Below, in pieces: positions 50,019-64,000 of a DNA stretch of 64,000 bases. Position 1 is the first letter of the stretch; every line of letters starts with the position of its first letter. The stretch covers positions 1,069,037 through 1,133,036 of the forward strand of contig CM119269.1 of the NCBI GenBank assembly GCA_051294375.1, written 5' to 3'. The position numbers were made by a program, and so were the translations under genes. The notes below the pieces were generated by a model that saw nothing but the letters and a program-made list of their open reading frames with translations, had not been told where the DNA came from and did no database searches. This DNA comes from Paraspadella gotoi. Lineage: Eukaryota > Animalia > Chaetognatha.

Positions 50019-51807
50019 AAATTAAAGAAAGAAATAGAAGGACTTCAACATGAAACATTATCGTAGATCCTGTTTCACCATCAACAGAAGCATAAATCAT
50101 TGGTGGAAACGAAATGGTTAGTTTCATTCATTCGTGATGTCGTTTCGATACAATGAAATCTGTCGGAGATGATCGATCACTTTCACATCGTTTGGTTCTG
50201 ATTGATTTGTTCGCGTTGGGATCTTGTTGTTTTGAAAATTATATGCAGCTACATTCGGACTTTTTTTGCAATAAAGTAATTTTCAAGTGGGCCAAGTTAA
50301 TTTTTGTATACTACATACTTTTAAAATGAATATCAAATATTTGTAATTGAAAATTTAGAGTCTGCCCTGCTCAACATCACGCAATTTCTCATAAATATAT
50401 GAACGGAGTGTGAAAGGAGTAACGATTCTCATTCTCTTTACGTCGGAAGTCGTTTGTGTCAACAGGCTTGTTGTGAAATATCCAAATGCGACTCACACGC
50501 CGTCTCTATTCATCACTGAAGGCGCGTAATCTTTCCTTCTCTCTCTCTCTCTCTCTCTCTNNNNNNNNNNNNNNNNNNNNNNNNNNNNNNNNNNNNNNNN
50601 NNNNNNNNNNNNNNNNNNNNNNNNNNNNNNNNNNNNNNNNNNNNNNNNNNNNNNNNNNNNNNNNNNNNNNNNNNNNNNNNNNNNNCTCTCTCTCTCTCTC
50701 ATATCTAAAAAAACGAAATTTCGATACCAATTAGTTAATTTCTTTCTTCGCCGCTCAAAAATCTTTTGACGTAACAAGGCGGATGAGTTGAAGAGAAAAG
50801 AGGCGAGAAAAATCTCTCCAAAGTCAATTTCTTTTTCCCGATGATTAATTGCCATCATCTGCAGCTCATCCTNNNNNNNNNNNNNNNNNNNNNNNNNNNN
50901 NNNNNNNNNNNNNNNNNNNNNNNNNNNNNNNNNNNNNNNNNNNNNNNNNNNNNNNNNNNNNNNNNNNNNNNNNNNNNNNNNNNNNNNNNNNNNNNNNNNN
51001 NNNNNNNNNNNNNNNNNNNNNNNNNNNNNNNNNNNNNNNNNNNNNNNNNNNNNNNNNNNNNNNNNNNNNNNNNNNNNNNNNNNNNNNNNNNNNNNNNNNN
51101 NNNNNNNNNNNNNNNNNNNNNNNNNNNNNNNNNNNNNNNNNNNNNNNNNNNNNNNNNNNNNNNNNNNNNNNNNNNNNNNNNNNNNNNNNNNNNNNNNNNN
51201 NNNNNNNNNNNNNNNNNNNNNNNNNNNNNNNNNNNNNNNNNNNNNNNNNNNNNNNNNNNNNNNNNNNNNNNNNNNNNNNNNNNNNNNNNNNNNNNNNNNN
51301 NNNNNNNNNNNNNNNNNNNNNNNNNNNNNNNNNNNNNNNNNNNNNNNNNNNNNNNNNNNNNNNNNNNNNNNNNNNNNNNNNNNNNNNNNNNNNNNNNNNN
51401 NNNNNNNNNNNNNNNNNNNNNNNNNNNNNNNNNNNNNNNNNNNNNNNNNNNNNNNNNNNNNNNNNNNNNNNNNNNNNNNNNNNNNNNNNNNNNNNNNNNN
51501 NNNNNNNNNCATAAAGATTAGCAAAGCAGAGAAAAAAAAAGGACAAAAAAAAAGGAAAAACAAAAGATTGTGATCGAGTCGAAAGGCTGGAGCCAGACAG
51601 AGACAGAGACAAAAAGATGGAAAACAAAAGACGAATTCGCGATGGATTTTGCTCTGGAAAACATAAATGGTCTGAGCAAAAATTTAGTCAGTGCACTCGT
51701 TGTCATTTATAAATAATTTTACGTTGGATTTCTTTTAAATATTTAACTTTAGAATATTTTTTTTTTAATAAAATTCGATCGAGCGACCGACCACCTAACT
51801 TCACATT

Positions 51808-51844
<37 letters not shown>

Positions 51845-52299
51845 ATGGAAGGGATGATAGACCCTTATTCTCTCAAAATCCAAAATTTTCAAGATGTTAT
51901 GTCTCCGTCCAACACTTGTGTTGGTACTGATAGAAACTTGGGCACAGTGTACACTAATAACATGCAGCCATAGATCAGGTCTGCATTTTAGAGAGAATAA
52001 CAAGACGACAGAGACTGTGCGCCTCAAAAAGGAAATCCTTTAAATGATACTTTTCTCTCTCTGCAAATAATTCTTTACACTGATGCAAAAAATATCACAC
52101 ACAAAAAAGTTAAGTTTTCTTTTGTTCCTAAAAGTTTTTATTCTGATAGAAATAGTGATCAAACTCGTCCATTTGTCGCTCAGATTGTTTTTTCTTTTTC
52201 GAGTGTCGCCAGTATTTCCTCCCGAAGCAGATGGCGTACCGTTCTTTACGATTTGATTGGTTCGGCTTTTTCCGAGATTTCAGTTTTTTTCCTTAAGGG

Positions 52300-52336
<37 letters not shown>

Positions 52337-53139
52337 ACAGTAAGGGCGGGAGAGAAAAATCGAATTGTTTTTCGTTTGTTATTGTTTATCGATTATTCCG
52401 CAGAGTTCGATATTTGGCGATGGAGCCTCTTATTACTCAATGTGTAAAATTACGAAGACGTGCTCGGAACAGCTATGAGCTAGGCGAAATCTGTCACGTC
52501 ATTAGATTTTTCTACCATTGTTTTTGCAGGTGGCCAAAGGCTTCTTGGTTTGAGTAAATTATATTTTCTAGATTATTATCATATGTTATCAGGAAGTTAA
52601 GGTTACGTTTTTTTTTAATTGGACTTTTGCTAATACGTTTCCACGTCGTTCTCACTCATGGCGCTACGGAGAACGCCCGAACTCTCAATGGAGCTCTGTG
52701 TTCAGCTCGTAGCGAGAACTCACATTAAACCTACTTTGCGCACCTTGTCGGAGATGAAGGAGAGAAACACCAAGGAGTTTGATAGAAGAAAGAGAGGCTG
52801 GCAAAACAGCGTAAAAGATAGGTGGCGAAAATGGAGCACTCGAGTGGCTGGGGGCGGGAGGAAGAACCACACAATTAGGATAAGAGAGAAATATAATACG
52901 AGAGGGAAGGTCTCTCCTACGAATTCCCCTGGTAATAGGAGAGAGCAGAGCTCTCGTGTGTACTGGGAAATTAGGAAGAAGACACAGGTGCAAGGTATCC
53001 ACGGTGAAAGAAGAAAACGAAGCACCTCGCCCTGGTTGGCGAGAGAGCAGTGAGGATTGATAAGCCAGACCGGTTGAGCGAGTAATTAGATGGTGGTTTG
53101 ACAAACGAGGTGACCGGACCCAATGTGTATCATACCGCC

Positions 53140-53530
53140 GAGCAGCTGCTGAAGCGAAGGGAGATTGCTCCTGTGTAACGATATTTTCCGTTGCAAATGT
53201 CTGAAATCGGCCTCGCTACTGGTCCACATGCCGTTTGTAAACGGTCGTCTTTATACTCCATAGATAACAAACTGCGACAGAGAAGAGACAGACAGAGAGG
53301 TGAGACGATGCATGTAGAGATGCGTTTTCATACTGAATCGCACATAGTGTCTCTCAGCACCCTATCTGATTCCTCAGATAATCCACAAGTGATGCGTGCC
53401 TCTCATATTAGCTGTCAGCGACATAAATGTCGACTGTGGTCGCTCTCAAATTGCTACTTTCTCGGGCACTTAAGTAATATCCCGCTGGGCATTGAGAACG
53501 GAGTACATTCGGCATTTTAGGTAAGAGAGA
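53140..53530 (+). repeat. Insertion-riddled copy of ~59860-60095
   Basis: Shared anchors in the same order: gagattgctcct, gagacagacagagagg, cgactgt, taagtaat, cggagtacattcggcattttagg. Confidence 0.7.
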
Positions 53531-54262
53531 GACGTAGCCATAGTGTGTACTAGGATATTTAAGCACCTTTTGCGCACCCCCTGCAGAAGAGAGAAAGCAC
53601 CACCGGTCACGACTAAGGTGGTCATGCCTTATAAGAGGCGTTGAACAACTCACTTATTGCAATGCATCTTCGCGACCGACATTAGTCTTCTTTAGCTTTG
53701 CTTAGTATAGGAAGATACGCCAGATTAAACTCTGAATTTTTATTGGTGTGTTGTTACGCAAAGACAAAAGTGTGTGAAAAGATTGCAGAGAAGTCATTAT
53801 CTGAATCCTCTATTTTTCCGAACAGCTTTGACGCGCTCTCAAGACGAGAGTGTACGCGATAATTTAAGAAACCCCTACCCCTCGTTTCGCCAAAGGCTTC
53901 TGACGTCAGTTAACCGAACATCACGTGACAGTCTTTTCCACGCAACGCGTTAATAACCTTACGTCACGCCGCCAACTATTGAGTGCACGCAAAGAGAAAA
54001 AAAATGGTCCGCTGGTTAACGCAAAAAAAAAGATAGAAAAAAACAAGAAAAAAAACGGGCATTGCGCAGCGCGTGAACCCGGCGTCAAACGTTGCGAGCG
54101 CGCGGTAAGCCTTCGACTGCACGTGTCGAGCCCGGATTTACATTGAGATCCCTTTGTGGAAAAAGAAGTTTGAAGTTGCCCTAAGGCGGAGCAGGAAACA
54201 GCTGCTTGTTTTTTTCCTTCAAGGAATCCCTCTTCTCGCTCTCTTTCTTGAAGAGAGAGAGA

Positions 54263-54294
<32 letters not shown>

Positions 54295-54301
54295 TCAGAA
54301 G

Positions 54302-54347
<46 letters not shown>

Positions 54348-55907
54348 TGCAAGAGAGAGAGAGAGAATTCGCCGAGCGAAAAGAAAAGCCTCGAATACAA
54401 AATGGAAAAAAAATGAAGTCCTACACAATCCTTTCTAAATCTGCTGAGCAAGAAACCCCCATCGCTGTCGTCCCTCTCCCCCCTCCTCTCTCTCTCTCTG
54501 TTCTCGTCATCTGCTCTCTCTCTCTCCTCCTCCTCTTCTCGTCTCTCATCTCTCCTCTCTCTCTCCTCTCACAATTCTCTCTCTCTCTCTTCTCCTGCCA
54601 GTCTTCGGGAGAGTTTTTAGATGGCGCTATTTTGAGAAACGAGCGTCGCAGCTTCGAGCTCGGATATTAATCACACACGGAACGACGTCCGATGCCAACC
54701 CTAGCTTTTTGTTTGATATTATCTTCCGAACTTTCCTCCCGTTGTTATATAATAATATACGACAAACTGTTAAATTCTACTTTTATTAGGAATAATTTTT
54801 TTTTTTTTAAATTCAAGATTGTCGCATTTCGACTAATCGCTCATAAAAAAGAAGGAGCAATCATTTTAGAGCGGTTAATTTTAAAAATCAAAAAAGAAAG
54901 AAGAAAATCGATAAAACGTGTTTTTTTTGGAATTTTGATCCGTTTTCAGCGAATCGCGCTGACGGTCTACGTCGAACTCGTCTTCCTCCGTCCCAAAGCA
55001 ATTTTTCACACGTTAGCGGAATCTGAGTTAACGAACTCTGGCAGATGAGGAATTCTTGGCGCGCGGATGCCGATGAAGCCGCTCCTGCCCTCTCGACCTC
55101 GCATGCTCTGAAACTCTCTATCTTCTACCTGAATGCGAGTACCCCTCATTCGAACTCGAGATGTCATACACAAGCTCGATGTGATGTTCGTATTACGATC
55201 AAATGTAACTCCGAGATTTAAAACGCGTGATTCGCGTCTCGGGCCTGATTGCGGTCAACGAGCCTCAACGTCTCACGCTGATGTGGTCCCGTCGCAAAAC
55301 ACCGATTTTCGGTGAGTTATTTATTTGCTCTTTTTGTTTCTGAGGATCTTGGGTGTGTTTTCCGTTAAATAACTAATCGGTGTATTCGAGTCGTTAAACC
55401 CGACGTAAATAATATTGTTATAAGAAGTTCATCCTACAGAAAAAAGGATAGTCTACCCACTCTAACACACAAAAAAAAAACATTTATCGGTCGTTCGCAC
55501 CTTCGCCCTCGAAATTTTGCGCAACGAAACATATTTCTTTTGAAATCGAAATTCCAGCTCAACCCAAATCTAAATTTCAGTAACATGATTCAAAAATGCC
55601 CAGGAAATGAAGAAATTCGTTATTTCCTCGCTGCTTCGCGGCGGTCGATTTTTTTTTCCCTTCCAGGGGAGCTGTATCATTTCTTTTTTTATATTTTTCT
55701 CTCGATTTAAATGAAAAGAACAATATGCGACACTTGTGATAAATGCTAATATTGCGTTGTTAAGTAAATGATTGTTCGTTCGTGTTAAGAAGTCAACAAA
55801 TATTTTCTTTCCGTTTGATCCCGCTCAATTATTAACAACAACAACTAACAAAACCCGCGACTTCCTCCAAGGATGTTCGGACCTCAGCTTTCGCCTCTGA
55901 TCTTCAG

Positions 55908-56222
55908 TCGTCATTTCCTGGACTCTTCCGACTCGCGCTGACCGGCCGAGAAAAGCTTCTTCAGCCGGCGTCAGCCGGGCGCCAACCGAAGCGAACTCAG
56001 CGCCTCGTGCGACACCCTCGGGATGCACATTTCGAATCCGAGCGGGGGGCGTTCCCTGCTGGCGCGGTGGCGGGCAACGTCGGCGAGGTCGTCGCGGGCG
56101 CCTTTCTCAGGCGCGTGCAAGGTTTAGAGTGGGCGTCAGCGGCGACGACGTCGACGAAGAAAAGATCCCGAAACGCCGTGGTGTGTCCCGAGCGATAGAA
56201 ACCGTCTCGCCTCGCAGCCAAA
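55908..56222 (+). CDS. Candidate internal exon (315 bp, phase 1-1), unknown product
   Basis: GC-rich island bounded by cttcAG| and |GTAAGT. Open frame VISWTLPTRADRPRK...GDDVDEEKIPKRRGVSRAIETVSPRSQ. No recognisable domain. Confidence 0.3.
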
Positions 56223-57218
56223 GTAAGTTGGGGTGGGACTGGGATAAAAGGAAAAGTCGGGAACTGAGGTACTTTTGCTTATACATTGTGTACAATTAAA
56301 CCAATGAGATTATATTATCTGAGTGCTTTTGCTTTTTCTTTTTAATTTCATAATTCCAAGTCATCTCATTCAGAAATTATTTTTTTTTTTCTAGTGGCGA
56401 ATCGTTTTTTCTGTTGTAATTACGTAATTATACTTAATACGATATAGTTAATACTTATAGTTTAAGTTAACTGTGGTCACAAAATCTTTTTTCTTTGCTC
56501 ATTATTCCACTCCCGTTCGAGCAACACATTAAAATCAATCATCTTTTTTTTCGCGGAGAACAAAATTCTCTCTTCTCTTTCCCATGCTCGGATTTTCCTC
56601 ATCTGCTCTTTCAGTTTTTTTCCCGATTTCTCTCATTCTTTTAAACGCAATTTTTCATTTTATTCCTCGTTATCTTTCTTTTTTTTACTTTTGTTTTAAT
56701 TTTTTGCTTTTTAATTAATTCGTCAGACGTTTTACTTATCCTCGCGTTTCAAAAGTAGCAATTTCTTTTCACCTTTTTTTCCCAACAATAATAAAAATAT
56801 TCCTTTTGTTGTCCCAGTTCATTATTGTCTCAGCTTATACTATTGCACAATTTCACACTTTATTTTGGTTTCTGAAAACGTCCCTTCCTCAATATTTTAT
56901 TCAGACACAGGCCCCAAGCAACAAGGTCCTTTTACTCACAATCTTTTAACCCCACTTCATCCTCATCTCTCTCTCTCTTCTCTCTCTCGTCTCTCTCTCT
57001 CTCTCTTCTTGCTCTCTCTCTCATCTCCTCTTCTGCCGTCATCTTTCGGACTTTGCGCGAACGGACCTGGACACTCCCGTGCCATCGTCTGAAACGGCAT
57101 CGATATTCCTGCCTGTTCATTCTTTCTTCATTAACCTCGTCTTCTAACCGTTTACCCCGTCTTCCTCTCTCTCCATCTCTGTCTTCTCTCTCGTTCGTCT
57201 CCTCTCCTCTCTCTCTTC

Positions 57219-57258
<40 letters not shown>

Positions 57259-57516
57259 ACCTCGTCCTCTCTCCTCCTTTTCTCTCCTAATTAGGTGCCC
57301 TAATAAAAGGGCTATTCAATTCTCACCCTGTGCCAGAACATTTCTTTCTTCTTAATAGTTTTCAAAATTTGAATAAAATTACTTTGCCGATAAAAGTTAC
57401 ATGGATATTCTGACTAGTCGGATTATCATAATCAGTCTCACGTCATTCTCTCTCCGAAATTAGTGCTTATCACTTTTAATCGTTTGCACCGCTGTGACCT
57501 CCGCTACCTCCATCAG

Positions 57517-57683
57517 ACTCCGGTCAGGATGGTCCCTTCAATCGCACCTCGAAATTCCCTGAAGACTCCCGCTCGGGCGGGGCTTTCCCGCCTTCTGACG
57601 ACACCGACACAAGAGGCCATCGTTGCCGTCGTCCAAAGCGCAGCGGCAGTAACATCGGACGGAATGGAAGAAGACAGGATCGG
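57517..57683 (+). CDS. Candidate internal exon, phase-compatible with 55908-56222
   Basis: Bounded by catcAG| and |GTAAGT. Open frame SGQDGPFNRTSKFPED...GHRCRRPKRSGSNIGRNGRRQDR. GC-rich within AT-rich flanks. Confidence 0.3.
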
Positions 57684-60083
57684 GTAAGTCAGTGGCTGTG
57701 TACGCGTGGGTGGGGCGGGACGTTTTCATTGATTGTGTATCATTTAGCAACGAATAAAACAACTATGTACGCAAAGATTTAAAAGAAAGAAGTAAAATTG
57801 AATAAATACAATAATTAAATAAATCCATGAAAACATTTGTTCATTTTTCGGAATAAAAAAAACGTTCGTTCGAAAAACCAAATCAACTTAAAGAAATAGG
57901 GCACTGAGATACTCTGTAATTAACACCATTTTCCTCGACGCGGTCTGACTCGGCGGGGCCGAGCCATGGTCCCGACGGCGTCACGCAAGGGGCGACGCGT
58001 TTTCCATCGTCGATCGACGTCGAGTGGCTCTCGAATCCAATCGAAAAACGATATAGCGCCGCCTACGTTTTTTTTTTTTCGCTCCACAGCCTCCGAGCGA
58101 TGTAACTTAATCCTCTTTCCATGCCGGAAGAGACTTAGATTTCGTTCAGTTAATTACGGCGGTTTCGTGACTTCTGCGCGATGCATAAATTTTCCGCGAT
58201 TCTTTTTTTTATTTTTTTTTTTCCTATTTACCCAATAGTCTATAATAAAACTTATTTCCCCGCTTCTTCGTTGGGCTAGCGCAATACGTTCGTCCGCTGG
58301 AACGACTTAAAAAATACCCGCTCGGCAACGGGACGACCAAGTGTCTTTCTTTGCGGCGACATGTTTAAGATTCTTGAGGTGAGGACGAGAAGGAGAGAAG
58401 CTGAAAAATGAACGGAAACTTGTAGAACAATAAACGGACAAAGTGAAATAACATTTACAGGGAAAAAATAAACCTTTTATATGTCACGGGTGAAATCTAG
58501 ATGTAAGCCACAATCACATATTACTATCACTATTAATAACCTAGGTATTTTTTATATTTTAGATCTATTCTCAATGAAGCATCGAGGAATCAAATCCGAT
58601 CAATCAATCTAATCAAAAGCAATTAAAAAAAAAGCTGTGTCATTGGCCACTTTTCAACGAATGTTCGAGTTTATGACTTCAAAACTCGGTACACCCAAAA
58701 AAAAATAAAATCGTAAAGTGAAATTTTGGGAAATACGGGTGGTTGTTTCATTGTTCAATGTAAATGTCAGAAAGTGGGGAAGACGCTTCTTTTAAACCCT
58801 GAGGCGACGAGCGACGACGACGCGACGACGACGACGACGACGAAGACGACACGGTTACGACCCAGGACGACCGAGGGGGAAACTAGACTTGTTCGGATTT
58901 TCCCCATTAGTTTCAATTAAAAATGACATCGGGAAATGATCCGCTCTTCGACTCGACGTACGAAACGACGATCCCACGACGACCACCGTGCAAAGGACCT
59001 AGGGAGACAATAGGAGGACAACAGGAAAAGGCAACAACCCCGGTGGAACACGTGTTTTTAGAATTAATTGCCTTAAAGTTTGCGATCTCGAGTGCCAAAC
59101 ATGCACGAAAAACGAAAAAAAAAAATCAAACTGAATACTGTTTAAAAATCTTGCAGTTGTGAGGAATGTCCGTAAAATGCAATAATCGTTCAGGTCTAAA
59201 TACCGCTTTTTTTTTCTTGGTAATTCGAGTTTACAAGCAATGAAAAATCATGCATTTACTGTGACAATGCATTCTAGTTCAAAAATTTTTCAGGTCTTTC
59301 CCAAACGTTTCCCGGTGTCCAAGATGCAAAAAACTTTCCAATGCAGCAAATGCGGGGCGGTTATCACGTCACGAAAGCTAAGGTACAAAATCTATGACGG
59401 ATCGAATCGGCCTCATCTGTTTGTTTTTTTTAATTTTCTTTCTTTTGTACTTACCGTGAAAATAACTCCAGAGTACTAATAAAAAAGGTCTTTCTTTAAT
59501 CCTCGGAAGTACGTCTATCCATCCCGAAACTCGACACTTGAAAATTCAACTCAATATGAAAACTGAAATTCTTTTCCGAAAGATTTTAAAAAAGTAATAT
59601 CTCGATTAGCTGACGGGGCCTAAATTAAAAAAAACACATTTCTAACTAAACCTTCTCAGACGAGAGTTATTCTTAGCCTTAAGAGTTAAGGATCATCAGT
59701 AGAACAAATTGAAATTTAAAAATCTATTCTTCTAATTATGCGCTCCTGAAAAGTCATATCTGTCAGTACGGGCTCGATTTTAACCATTCAGGNNNNNNNN
59801 NNNNNNNNNNNNNNNNNGAGAGAGAGAGAATAGTTTTCATGCCACACAAGTTAAAGCGCGACAGCTGGAGCGAGAGATTGCTCCTTCTTAGTCGCTAATC
59901 CCTGCTAATGGCTTCTGTTTTATTGACAGAGACAGAGAGAGACAGACAGAGAGGGAGAGAGAGAGAGAGAGAGAGAAGACATTCTCAGAATCTACAGTCT
60001 TCCCGTCGCTTCTGCACCTTCGACTGTCGTATATTCGCTAAGTAATCCCCGCGGGATTGAGACGGAGTACATTCGGCATTTTA

Positions 60084-60195
<112 letters not shown>

Positions 60196-60237
60196 AAAGA
60201 AACAAAATAGAAAACAAAAAGACATCTAAAAACTGAC

Positions 60238-60464
60238 CTGTACTTCCTGTGATCGACGGTAGAGTCGTAAGCGGCGGCGCCTTGCGACAAAAATCTCACT
60301 CCCTGAAATTCCGTCGTCTCGCGGATCCAAACGGCGGGAGAGGGAGACTCGCAGTCGAAGTTGACGTCGCTGCCTTCGGGGACGGCCGTCTTGAGTTGGA
60401 GGACGGCGTGGGCGTGGCGGAGGAGGAGGAGGAGGAGGAAGGAGGAAGAGGCTGGGAACGCCAT
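60238..60464 (-). CDS. Probable first coding exon of a secreted or cell-surface immunoglobulin-superfamily protein (signal peptide plus N-terminal half of an Ig domain)
   Basis: MAFPASSSFLLLLLLRHAHA signal peptide with an A-x-A site; VPEGSDVNFDC (A'/B-strand pattern with Cys); AVWIRE (C-strand Trp); ends DHRKY-R at the donor CAG|GTCAGT (phase 2). Codons are GC3-rich. Confidence 0.7.
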
Positions 60465-60550
60465 CTCGAGCGATGAGACGATCTTTCTTTTTTTTACGCA
60501 GGATTTGATGAGGAGACTTTTAGTTCGTCCGACGATTTGGTCAATTCGTT

Positions 60551-60581
<31 letters not shown>

Positions 60582-61243
60582 TCGNNNNNNNNNNNNNNNN
60601 NNNNNNNNNGTTTTTTGGGGATCGAGGATGCGAAAGTGAGGCGAAGAGGGATGGGATCAGGACTGGGGGAGGATCGGAAGATCAAAAAACGGAGGAAAAG
60701 TGAGGAAAAGTGGGATCAGATGATTAGCATGGAGCGAGTAATGATTGGAGTGCAAAAGAGCGGCAGAAGAACGGTGCCGAGGAGTGGGAGGAAGAGGCGC
60801 CGCATGCGTGAATCGTGTGCGGGGGTGAGAGCGTCGTTGTTAAAATCGATTTTGGAGCTGATCACAACTGGGTCACGGGAGAGCAATCCACGCTCTTGTG
60901 AACCGTGGTTGAATACAGATTGGGATTCAAAAGCGGAAACACGATTTCGAATACAGTTTGGGAACCGTTCGGACTGAAATAACTCAATTTCCGATTAGTC
61001 ACGATTTAGAAATTCAGACGTTTCTTTTTTCAAGACCTTCTCTCTCTCTCTCTCTCTCTCTATCTCCTCCTCTCTCTCTCTCCTCTCTCTCTCTTTCTCT
61101 TTTCTCCTCTTATTTTTTCATTTTTTCACTTTTATTCTCTCTCATCTTTGTCCAACTGGAAACCCTGGGATTTTAAGCTCGGTTTTAAATTTATCTTTGT
61201 AAAAATTCTCTCTCACTTTCTTTCACTCTCTCTCTTCTCTCTT

Positions 61244-61335
<92 letters not shown>

Positions 61336-62634
61336 ACCACTTTTACTTTCCCCTTTCCTTTTTACTTCAATTTCTGCGACAATTTCGTGTTTAATTCTTC
61401 ACCTATAGACTTTTTTTTCCTCTGCTTGTCGGCCTGTCAAACGCCCACCCTGATGTATTTTGCTTGTCGCTTTCTGTTTCAAGTTTCATCTTAAGTTTCT
61501 TCTTCCTCTTTCATCTTCTTTTTTTTTTTTTTACATCTATTCATCGTGTTTTCCCTTAACCTCCTTTGGTTTTAAGTTCTTTTCAATTGTTTTTTACCTC
61601 TATTCTTCCTTTTTTTCCTTTTTTTTATTTTACTGTATTCTTCGTGATTCTATTAAATCTTCTTTGTTTAACTCCCGTTTCCCTCTTTTCCGTTCTTTTC
61701 CTTCTTTTTCCTCCTCCTCCATTTTCCTCGACTCTTCCTTCTCCCTCTATTCCTCTATTTTTTTCCTTTCACTCAAAAACTGGATTCAATTGAAATACGT
61801 CGTGTCGTCCTCGTCGTCGTCCTCATCCGTCGTCGTCGTCGTCGTCGTCATCCGGTCGTCCGGGCGCGCGCATGAGAATTCAAATGAGTTTTTTTTCTCT
61901 TCGATTTTGTGTGTGTTTTATGTGTGTATTCCGACTCGCCACTTCTTTTCTCTTCCATCGCTTTCTCTCTTCTCTCCGCTTTGTGACTAAGCACAAAAAC
62001 AGTCGCAAGCGCACAATTTAGGGTTTCTCCTTCACTCTCTCTCTCTCTCTTCTCCTCTCTTTCTTCTCTATTCTTGGCGTTGTTTCTCTCCTCTCTCTCT
62101 CTCTCATCACTGTTGCTATTGTGGTTTTGTTTCAAGTGACGTTTCACGTTCTCCTTTTTTTCTCTCCAGCGCTGAGCGGCGGCGGCGGCAGCGGTGGTGA
62201 GGGGGGCGGCGGAGGGGTGACCGGCGGGGAAAAATCGCGATTTTCGGGCGCTCATTCTTTGCGGCGTCCACGACACAAAACATAGAGTTTCGACGTAAAG
62301 GTCCGGTCGATTTCCGCTATAGGAAACACACTTGAGAGAAGAGAGAGAGAGAGAGAGAGATAGAGTAGAGAGAGAAGAGAAAGAATTTAAACATTGGTGT
62401 CAGCAAAATAGACTGGCAGACGACCACTAGATGAAGACTCTCTCTTCTCTCTATATAAATATATATATTATATATATTATAGATGGCGGGATGCCTATAT
62501 CTATATTTAACTTCAGAATAAAATAATGCATGACAGATCAGAAATATAGAGATCAAAGACGGCCACTGGGAGAGATGGGGAAAAGTGTTACAGAGAAAAG
62601 ATATGAGAGATGAGAGATGAGAGGAGAGGACGAG

Positions 62635-62691
<57 letters not shown>

Positions 62692-62722
62692 GAAGAGAGA
62701 TAGAGAAGGAGGAGAGCGCGGA

Positions 62723-62760
<38 letters not shown>

Positions 62761-64000
62761 TGCGTCTCCTTTTTAAGCGAGAATTTCCGGCGGAATCTCC
62801 TCAATTTCCTCCAGCGGCGTCGCTTGCGGCGGTCGCTGCCGGGGCGTCGGCTGTGGCGTCGATGATTGCGTCTTTTGTGGGACTTCTGTGGTTGATTTTT
62901 GAGAATTTTTTTTTGTCGCCGTTAAAAATATTATTTTTGCGGCGAAAGTTGTCAAAACATTGACATTTAACTAAAAAATAATAACGAACAAATTTCTCTT
63001 TTTTTTTTTTTTTAAGCGTTGTCTACGTTCTGTTTAAAGGAGATTTAAAAAGTGAGAGGCAGCGAATGCATTTTGTTTCAATACTGATTAATTCCTCATT
63101 CTCAAGCAAATCCAGGACCGGCATTCCAAAACGCAACGTCGTCTTGTCTTCTTTCCTCTCCTCTATACTCCCTCTCCTTCCTTCCTTCACGATCACCAAC
63201 TCCTTCAAGTTTGTCTGAGAGGTGAGAATAAACGCCCCAGGAATAATTCAATAGCCTCTCACAGTCTCTCTCTCTCGTCCTTCTCTCTCTCTTCTCTCGT
63301 CTCTCTCTCTCTGTTTCTTTTCCCCTTCCAGATCTCCACTCTCTTTCCTTAAATTATTTACAACTCACGATCTCTTAAACTTTATTCCCCGCTGGAAAAA
63401 AATATGTTTCCCTACTTTTTGACAAAATGTGGTCGGTCCGGTCTCTCGTCCCGCGAAGCGTGACATAACAGGAAGAGAAAAAAGATTATTTCGTCTTTTA
63501 TCTGTCTCCTTGTCCTTTGATTCATGTTGTCATCATCGCGACTTTGTTCTTCTGTGCCAGGGAACGAGTTTAAATCACCACGTTTAAGAGGGCTACCTAT
63601 ATTTAAACCGGTAACTTCCTCGCTCTAAGCTTTCATGTAGTTTGTAAGTAATAAACTACTCAAATTGTCAAATCCATGATCGAGTTGTGCAGTGGTAGAT
63701 GTAGATGTAGAAGTGCAGTATACACTCCAGACTCACTAGTCCACGAAACGTGACGTAACTGCGAATTTCTTTTGGATTAATCGTTTTCCTTCAATTTCGT
63801 TCACCGAATCGAGAAATGTTTTTTCATCTCGAAGGGTAAAAGAAAAGATTAAAGGAACTTCAATTCGTCTTTGTTATTCTCCGCTTCTTTTTCTTCTTTT
63901 TTTTTCATTTCGCAACATTTCAACTTTCTTCTCTTTCTTTCTTCTATCTCTTCTTCTTTCTCCGTCTTATCTCTTCTTCGCCCGAACGAGAGAAACGATT

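Noticed and set aside
40729-51627. ORFs of 200-357 aa in the track
   Set aside because: They run through N gaps (poly-X).
58913-59000. Minus-strand acceptor ctccctAG| as Ig exon 2
   Set aside because: The phase-2 continuation gives SFARWSSWDRR...CHF-stop, with no Ig motif.

Overview
AT-rich, extremely microsatellite-rich ((GA)n, (TTTC)n, (GAC)n, (TTC)n) eukaryotic, probably invertebrate-animal, genomic DNA. It comes from a draft assembly with many N-gaps and stretches that look like uncorrected long reads. Almost all ORFs in the track are low-complexity artefacts. Recognisable content: (1) a 5'-truncated, frameshifted non-LTR retrotransposon RT (YADD) on the minus strand, ~6055-7772, sitting between (GA)n tracts; (2) a ~6.5-kb frameshifted Bel/Pao LTR retrotransposon on the minus strand, ~27100-33597, with protease, RT, RNase H, integrase, DUF5641-like motifs and a candidate PPT/LTR start; (3) five full or partial copies of a ~350-bp DINE-1/HINE-like non-autonomous element; (4) a 137-bp hairpin with perfect 24-bp terminal inverted repeats; (5) several mini- and microsatellites; (6) one credible coding exon (signal peptide plus N-terminal half of an Ig domain, minus strand, 60238-60464) and a few weak exon candidates; (7) several direct and inverted kb-scale duplications clustered at exactly-25-N gaps, most likely gap-filling artefacts. 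I find no CRISPR array, RNA gene or clearly new biological system. The best leads are listed with tests.
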